A DNA stretch of 5,923 bases from Fonticula alba ATCC 38817. Taxonomy: Eukaryota; Protista; Nucleariida. Every line of letters starts with the position of its first letter. Positions within the stretch are counted from its first letter, which is position 1. The notes beneath the pieces are model-generated. The model saw only the letters and a program-made list of their open reading frames with translations. It did not search any database and was not told where the DNA came from. Location of the stretch: the NCBI GenBank assembly GCA_000388065.2, contig KB932204.1. One strand, 5' to 3'. Shown piece by piece: positions 1 through 5,923 of the stretch. A program made the position numbers and the translations under genes.

Positions 1-13
1 GGGCATGGGCGCA

Positions 14-38
14 CCCCCCCCCCCCCCCCCCCCCCCCC
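14..38. repeat. C25 homopolymer; other long runs at 407-421 (G15), 552-565 (G14), 625-636 (G12), 2454-2471 (G18), 2959-2972 (C14), 3178-3199 (C22), 5634-5646 (G13), 5875-5886 (G12)
   Basis: Counted from the sequence; all lie outside the called coding exons. Confidence 0.95.
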
Positions 39-636
39 GTCTCTCCGCCCCGTGCCTTCTCCCCCGGGCGCCGGGCGCGCCCCTGTTGGGTCGGCGCGCG
101 AGTGCCAACGGTGGCGAGTGATCGTCGGGGCACCTGAGCCCCGCACGTGCGCGGCCCCGTGCGCGGCGTTCGCCCAAAAGTTTTGATTGTGGGTTTCTGT
201 CTGGGTGTTTTCCCCCGCCCCCGGGGGCGTACCGCGGCGCGGCCGTGTGGCCCCTGTGCTGCTGCCCTCCGGATCCCGCACGCCCGGCCCCTGTGCGCCT
301 TGGCTCGGCTGCTGCTGGCGGAGGCTCATTTGAACCGGCCCGAGGGCTTCCGCAGGGGCCGGCCACTGATAAGTGTTTTTTGCCAACCTGCGTGCAGGGG
401 CCCAGCGGGGGGGGGGGGGGGTGGCCGGGAGGAGGGGGCCGCGGAGGGCCCGGCCACCGGAAGCGGGCCAGCCCGTCCGCCGGGGGCGCGTCTCTCGCAG
501 GCGAGGAGAGGGGGGGCGTGTTTTTCGTCGCGGAGCAGGGGTCCATTTTGTGGGGGGGGGGGGGGTTCTCTTCGGCCCCCTTGCCGCCCTTGGGAGCAAG
601 GAGCAGGGGACAGACCGGCGAGCCGGGGGGGGGGGG

Positions 637-993
637 ATGGCCAGCGCGAGGAGAGGGCACCGGCGGGCCCGCAGCCCGGTCGAGCCGGGCACCGCGCCTT
701 GGCGGGCTGGCAGGCCGGCCGGCCCGCATCTTCCACCTTCCGGTGTCCGCCGGGAGGTGCTTTGCTTTTGGCAGCGCCCCGCTTTTGGGGGTGCCGGCCT
801 GCGCGCCCGGCCGGGCACCACCAAAATGGCTTGCCGGCCGGCCGGCCGCATGGCGAGCGTGTCATGGGGTTGGCATGCGCGGCGATCGGCGCGCGGGCCG
901 GCGCATCGGCCTGCCAGCCCCGGCGCCGGCTTCGCGGGACAAACCGGGTGCTTCGGCTTCCCCGTATTCCGGCGGCAATGGCTGGGAAGCCAT
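637..993 (+). repeat. Nested imperfect inverted repeats (fold-back element)
   Basis: Stems 704-717/907-920 (14 bp perfect), 718-727/893-902 (10 bp perfect), 783-799/809-826 (16 pairs, one mismatch, one bulge) and weaker outer stems; all centred near 805-815. Confidence 0.6.
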
Positions 994-1006
994 GTCCGTG
1001 CATGGG

Positions 1007-1030
1007 GCGCGCGCGCGCGCGCGCGCGTGC
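1007..1030. repeat. (GC)10 dinucleotide tract plus GTGC; alternating purine-pyrimidine
   Basis: Read directly from the sequence. Confidence 0.95.
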
Positions 1031-1234
1031 CTCGGCGAGGCGCCCGGGCTCGGCGGTGGCCAGAGGGCGCGAGGGGCGGGGCGTGTGTGGCGGAAGTCAC
1101 TTCACAGCGCGACACCGGCTCGCCGGCCCTCGCGCGGCCCGCCCTCGGCAGGCCGCGCCATGCCCCCGCCCCTGCCCTTGCCCTGGGCCCGCTCCGGGAC
1201 CCATCGCCGGCCGACGACCGGCCAGGGCGCACAG

Positions 1235-1240
1235 TATAAG
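1235..1240 (+). promoter_or_regulatory. TATA-like box (TATAAG) of the plus-strand gene
   Basis: Only TATAA-type word in the upstream region, ~280 nt before ATG 1517 and just before a C-rich leader. Confidence 0.45.
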
Positions 1241-1464
1241 CGCCGGTGGTTACCGCTGTCCGGGGGGCCGCCCGCGGTCCATGCACTCGCGCCCCGCCCC
1301 CCTACTCCCCTCCTTGACCAGCCGCTTTCCCGCTTGCGCCCAGCGTGCACCCCGCTGCCATCCCGCTGCCCTGCCCCGCTCCCCTCCGCGCGCACCTGCA
1401 CCCTCCCCCGCCCCCCTCCCCCGCCTGTACTCACTTGCTCCGTCCTCCTCGCCCCCCCAAGGCC

Positions 1465-1489
1465 GAGAGACAGAGAGAGAGAGAGAGAG
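1465..1489 (+). repeat. Interrupted (GA)n microsatellite in the 5' leader of the plus-strand gene
   Basis: GAGAGACAGAGAGAGAGAGAGAGAG. Confidence 0.95.
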
Positions 1490-1516
1490 CGCTCGACAGC
1501 GAGCGTAGATCGCGTC

Positions 1517-2416
1517 ATGGCTGCCTCGAGTCGCGGCCGCTTCGCGGCCTTCCGCCGGGTCACCTGCACCGCCGGCCTGCTGGTCCTTTGCCTGGCGGCC
1601 CTGTGCCGGGGCCCCGGGGCGCAAGCCCTGCCGGTGGTGCAGACGCCCGACACGGCGGCCAGCGCCTCCGGCCAGTCCTTCGTGCCGTCGTACGTGATCA
1701 TGCCGCCGATCAAGCCGCCGCAGCCGGAGTCCTTCATCCTGGAGCTGAAGGCCCCGAGCCCGGTGCACAACAAGACCTTCGCCGAGATGATCGAGCGCCA
1801 CCTGCAGAAGATCGTTTCGTCGGCCGGCTCCGGCAGCATGGCCGGCGTGGCGCTGGAAGACCTGGACGACCGCGACGATGACTGGCCCGAGGCCGAGCCC
1901 GGGCCCGGCGCGCCGGCGGTCCGCGCATACCGGACTGCCCTGGCCGAGGCCGGCCTCGGGCTGGCCTCCAACCGGACCCCGCGCGCGCGCACCATCATCG
2001 GCGGCAACCAGTATGGCTACTGGATCCGCCTGGACTACGAGTATGAGGTGATCTTCATCTGGCGGCCGCTGCCTTCCAAGACCGGGTCCGGCATCAGCCG
2101 CTACCCCAGCAAGGAGGGTCTGGTCACTGTGAGCAGCAGCAGCAGCACCATCACCACCAACCAGGCCTCGGTGCTCATGGACTCGGGCTCGGGCTCGGGT
2201 CGGGCCACCGGCGAGCTGCCCTTCCCGACGAATGGCACCCTGCCGGGGGGCCTGGAGGACATCGTCACCTCGGTGGACGGCGACGAGGACAGGAAATCCC
2301 CGCAGGTGGTCCGAGTGAACAACCGCCTCCAGCACAAGGGCCTCCTCAGCATCCAGGGCGCCACGGCCGACATGATTGACGACATCCGCAACTGGGCCGA
2401 GATCAAGGGCATCGAG
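1517..2416 (+). CDS. First coding exon (300 codons) of a secreted protein; probable subtilase (S8) precursor with inhibitor-I9-like propeptide; gene incomplete because of the gap
   Basis: ATG 1517 (gtcATGG) follows a low-complexity leader. Codon usage is strongly C/G-ending from 1517 to 2416. Signal peptide: basic n-region, LLVLCLAALC h-region, likely cleavage AQA|L. I9-like blocks: SFILELK (YIVxLK-like), TIIGGNQYGYWIRLD (GF/Y-x3-L-like), DMIDDIRNWAEIKGIE (VEKLRxxPEVxYIE-like). The exon ends at GAG|GTGCGG. Coding status is confident (~0.9); the family call is weaker because no catalytic D/H/S motifs are visible. Confidence 0.5.
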
Positions 2417-2562
2417 GTGCGGCCCGGGGCTCCTTTGCCGGGGGGAGAGGGCAGGGGGGGGGGGGGGGGGGCCTGCCCTGGCCAACTTGCCCTGGCGCGC
2501 CGTGTGCTGACATCGTCCCGCTTTGCTGGGTCCCGACTGGCGCCGGTGGCACGGGCCCGGTG
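2417..2562 (+). other. Spliceosomal intron (phase 0), 5' part; runs into the assembly gap
   Basis: Donor GTGCGG at 2417, G18 run at 2454-2471, loss of codon bias, branch-point-like GCTGAC at 2506-2511, and no AG between it and the gap. Confidence 0.75.
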
Positions 2563-2572
2563 NNNNNNNNNN
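2563..2572. other. Assembly gap (10 N, true size unknown)
   Basis: Run of 10 N. Confidence 1.
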
Positions 2573-2607
2573 ATGCGCTCCAGCTGGTCTTGATAGCGGC
2601 TGTGTAG
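2573..2607 (+). CDS. Possible end of the last exon of the plus-strand gene (…ALQLVLIAAV*)
   Basis: Frame GCG CTC CAG CTG GTC TTG ATA GCG GCT GTG TAG gives a hydrophobic C-terminus followed by a G/GA-rich trailer like the one after the PEX3 stop. Only 11 codons, and other frames or strands are possible. Confidence 0.35.
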
Positions 2608-2659
2608 GGGGGAAGGGGGCGGGCGCCGGGTGGCGGAGAGGCCGAGGGAGCGAGGGAGC

Positions 2660-2696
2660 GAGAGAGAGACAGAGAGAGAGAGAGAGGGAGAGAGAG
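2660..2696 (+). repeat. Interrupted (GA)n microsatellite
   Basis: Read directly from the sequence. Confidence 0.95.
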
Positions 2697-3213
2697 GGGT
2701 GGAGCGATGGGGACTAGGACGATGAAAAGGAAGCGCATGGAGGAGCCTAGGCGCGGTTGCTCGCATTGCTGGCCTGTGAGTGGGTGGGTGGGTGTGCTTG
2801 CCGGGTCCGAGCCGATGCGCTCGTCCCACGACAATGCCCCTGCATCTTGTCCCGAGGGAGGCAGCTGAAAGAGAAGGGCCCATGGGGATAGGCACAGGGC
2901 CAGATGCGGAGGAAGAGGACAATACACCAGGCCGGCAGCCACGCCCCCGTTGTCGGTACCCCCCCCCCCCCCATACACACACATGTATGCTGGACACCCG
3001 GGGTCAGCAGGCGTACGCACTTTCGGCGACGGGGCAGTGTACCGCGGGATGCCACGGGGGAGAGCCGCCGCGAGGCACAACCAACAGGAGCAGGGTGCCA
3101 TCACCGACAGGGGCTATGTTGTTCTCTATTTGACGCCGGGGGCAGGGAGAGGGGATGGTGGTGGGCGACACACGATGCCCCCCCCCCCCCCCCCCCCCCG
3201 GTGGACAAGGGTG

Positions 3214-3228
3214 CACACACACACACAC
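3214..3228. repeat. (CA)7 microsatellite just downstream of the PEX3 stop
   Basis: CACACACACACACAC. Confidence 0.9.
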
Positions 3229-3240
3229 CCTCGCCAGGGT

Positions 3241-5556
3241 CTACACCGAGAGGTTGTCCTCAAACTGGGGGAAGAGACTCAGAGCCCAGGCGGCGAAGGC
3301 CGATTGCGAGCTGTTCAGGGTGAAGGAGGCCGGCGAGCCGGCCGCCTCGCGCCCGGTCACATCCCCCAGGCGCATGGACAGCAATTCCGCCAGCAGGGCC
3401 AGCTCCATCTCCCCATCGAAGAAGGCCACAAACGGGTCGGCCTGGGGCAGCCCCAGCGACGGGGAGGTCGGGCTGCCGGACGGGGCCCCATCCCCGGCCC
3501 CATCCCCGGCAAGGGCCTCAATCGACCGGGCCAGGACGCGCGCACGCCAGGCATCGGCCAGGCGCACGAAGCAGAAGGAAAACAGCCGGCCGGCGGCCCA
3601 CCGGCCGATGTGGCCCAGAGCCTCCACATCGCCGGCCCCCACGCCCAGCAGGGTGACCGCCTCGCCGACCATGGCCAGCAGCACCGGCTTCAGCGGCGGC
3701 ACCATGGCCAGCGCCGGGGACAGGGGCGGCCCGCCGGCGGCCGCCGCATCGCCAGCCAGGCTGCCAGCCGCCCGCGGCCGCAGGCACACATCCAACAGCC
3801 AGCCGGCCAGCTTCAGGGCCGCCGGGCCGAAGCCAAACCCGGTCACCTTGGCCTCGTCATGCACCGCGTGCCAGGGCTCCAAGTCCGGCGGGCCGCACCA
3901 CGCCCCCCGGGCCATGGGGTCCGACCCGTGGCCGGTGTCCCCGGGCAGCGGCGACGGCGACAGGCCCTGGGCGATGCGCAAGACCCGGCGACACTCCACC
4001 GGCCGCAGGACCGCGAAGTCCAGCAGCAAGCCCAGCGCCCACTGGCCGCCCTGGAAGAAGTGCATGGTCACATCGGGCCCCGGCAGGCCGATGGCCGCCC
4101 AGCCGACCGCCGAGGGGGCCGCCGCCCCGGGCCCCGGCCCGGCACCCACCATGCGCTGGTAGTACCCGGAGGCCGAGAGGGCATCCGCCGAGGCCGGGGG
4201 CGGCTCCGAGGCGGAGCTCGGGTCGGCGCGCCAAAGGTGCGCGGCGGCTTGCGGAGCGGCCGCCGCGCCGGCGGCCGTCCCGCCGGCCAGCTGCTCCTGC
4301 AGGTGCGGCAGCATCGAATCATGGAAGACCCCGGAGAAGAGCCCCGGCTCGGGGGACGCCTGCCCGAGGGACTGGCACTCGGTGGCGAAGAGCGACCGCC
4401 AGAGGAGATCGAACTTCCGCGCATCCGACAGGGGCAGGGCCCCGGCGGTGGCCGGGTCGGCCGGCGCGTCGGCCAGCATGGCCGCCGCCGCCGCCGCGCC
4501 GCCAGACCGCGACAGGGTCCCCCCCGGCGAGGCGCCCCCGGGCGAGGCGGCCAGCGCCGCGGCCGAGGCCTGGCGCCGCGACCGGAGCGAGTACGACCGC
4601 CGGGCCGGCGAGGCCGCCCCCCCGGTGGGGCTGGCATCCAGCTCGGGGAACTCGCGCGACAGCTCCACCGCCTGGGCGGCCAGCAGATCGAACGCATGGA
4701 TGGCGGCCAGGGCGGCATGCTCCGGGGCCTGGGGGTCCGACGCCCGGGTGCTGGACGCCGGCCAGCCGACCGGATGCGCCAGCCGGTCCAGATCCACCCC
4801 CGGCAGGCCGAGCAACGAGGCGAAGGTCCCGGCCGGGAGCAGCGGCCCCGGCGGGCCGGCCGACGGGAGGACCGACCCGGCCTTGGCCGCGGCCCCGGGA
4901 AGGGCCGGCCGCCGGCCGGCCCCCTGCCGGCGCATGCTCCCCCCGGAGAGGGTCCCGCCCGGGGACCCGGGGGCCGCGAACTCCGGCCCGGCCGTCGCCT
5001 CGACCAGCGCCTGCCCCATGTCCAGGCAGGTCAGGGCAAAGAGACGCCGGCGGTCCTCGAACGGGTGCAGCCGGCGCAACGGGCCGGCCGGCGCCCCGTC
5101 CGGCAGGGCATGCTGCACCACCGCCAGGCCGAGGGCCAGCAGGAAGACGTCCTCCATCTGGGCGGCCGGCCCGAAGGCCGTGGCCAGGCCCAGGGGAATG
5201 TGCGCCGGCAGGGCCGGCTTGCCCGGCGGGGCGGCGGCCGAGGTGGCCCCGTCGTCGTCGGCGGCGGCGGCAGCCGAGGTGAGGATGGAGGCCGGGGCGG
5301 GAGTGCCACCGGCGGTGGCCGGCGCGGCGGGCGACGCGACGGGCGCCGCCCCGCCGGGCCCGGTGGAGCCCGGGGGCGCCGGCTCGGCCGAGTTACTGGA
5401 CGCTTGGCCAGCGCCCGGCCGCCGGGGGCGACCGTTGGTCAGCAGGCGCACCGATGCCCCGGCGAGGAAGGACCCAAGGAGAAGGAACAGCGCCATGCGC
5501 CCGAGGTCCCTGGATGGCAGGGCGGTGCCCAGGCGGGCGAACACGGACCGGAGCAT
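3241..5556 (-). CDS. PEX3: Peroxisomal biogenesis factor 3 (peroxin Pex3), divergent and expanded, 771 aa, single exon
   Basis: First in-frame ATG is 5556 (no upstream ATG on this strand within the window); stop TAG at 3243-3241. Compared by eye with human PEX3 recalled from memory, motifs match in order: MLRSVF vs [24 protein letters not shown] vs [40 protein letters not shown] vs [37 protein letters not shown] vs NKLEIWEDL (Pex19-binding Trp); [13 protein letters not shown] vs [32 protein letters not shown] vs [24 protein letters not shown] vs [24 protein letters not shown] vs [20 protein letters not shown]. The stop falls at the equivalent position. Confidence 0.82.
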   Translation of the reverse strand: [771 protein letters not shown]

Positions 5557-5923
5557 TTGCAAGATGGCTCGGCCGGGCGGGAGGGGGCAGGGGGCAGGAA
5601 GACACGCGCGGGGCGAGGCGGCGGAAGGGAGGCGGGGGGGGGGGGGAGGGGGAGGCGGAGGAGGAGCAAGAGGAGGGCAAGTCGTGCGGGTGGGGTCGGT
5701 GGTGTCTGTGTGCGTCAAGAGTCCACGCCTGCGGGGGCGGGGCCGCTGGCGGAAAAAGCGCAACGGCGCGCGCACGGCGGCGGCCCTGGCGCGAGGCGGG
5801 GCGGGGAGGGGGGCCCACACCCGGGCCCTCGCCCGGACGTGAGATCCCCCCTGGATGTGGACCTCGGCCAGTGCGGGGGGGGGGGGCCTTGCAATCGGCT
5901 TCCGGCGCGGGGCGGATCGCCCG

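Noticed and set aside
300-381. tRNA/Pol III-like signals (TGGCTCGG, GGTTCAAAT on the minus strand, T6 at 376-381)
   Set aside because: The boxes are on opposite strands, the B-box lacks its final C and T-stem pairing, and no cloverleaf forms.
455-545. SRP-RNA-like words (CCGGAAGC, CGGAGCAGG)
   Set aside because: No helix-8 CAGG partner or GNRA tetraloop geometry.
147-1516. Long ORFs 147..1508, 373..1239, 326..1003 and the N-terminal part of 245..2593
   Set aside because: They translate homopolymers and microsatellites (poly-G, RARARA, ERERE), lack codon bias and any domain motif. Stops are rare at this GC content.
2290-2416. SUI1/eIF1-like appearance of VVRVNNRLQHKGLLSIQG
   Set aside because: Incompatible with the signal peptide, and the flanking blocks fit an I9-like propeptide better.
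1102-2997. Minus-strand ORFs 1102..2007, 1250..2485 and 2101..2997
   Set aside because: Shadows of the plus-strand exon; some run through repeats or the gap.
3241-3420. Sorting-nexin C-terminal (…LFPEL)-like ending
   Set aside because: Several collinear Pex3 motifs explain the whole protein better.
3484-3510. 12-bp tandem repeat GGCCCCATCCCC x2
   Set aside because: A simple in-frame duplication (GDGA) in a low-complexity loop of Pex3.
5557-5820. 88-codon GTG-started extension of the PEX3 ORF
   Set aside because: Poly-Pro from C runs, no ATG, and the Pex3 homology starts exactly at MLRSV (5556).
3155-5842. Plus-strand ORFs 3155..4162 and 4382..5842 and short alternative-frame ORFs
   Set aside because: Antisense or frame shadows of the GC3-rich PEX3 CDS.
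1-5923. CRISPR array, transposase, prokaryotic operon or defence system
   Set aside because: No repeat-spacer array, transposase motif or operon structure; the sequence is clearly eukaryotic.

Overview
Very GC-rich eukaryotic genomic DNA with a spliceosomal intron, long G/C homopolymers, GA microsatellites and a 10-N assembly gap at 2563-2572. The style suggests an opisthokont protist such as Fonticula; this is inference from composition only. Two convergent genes are supported. (1) Minus strand 5556->3241: an intronless, strongly diverged and expanded peroxin PEX3 (771 aa), recognised from several collinear Pex3 motifs. (2) Plus strand from ATG 1517: a secreted protein with a signal peptide and a likely subtilisin-type I9 propeptide. 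Its first coding exon ends at a GT donor (2417), the rest is lost in the gap, and a possible hydrophobic C-terminus follows the gap. Bases 1-1516 appear non-coding and contain a ~280-360 nt nested fold-back, a (GC)10 tract and a TATA-like box. Most long ORFs in the track are GC-driven shadow ORFs. No prokaryotic-type system, CRISPR array or recognisable RNA gene was seen.
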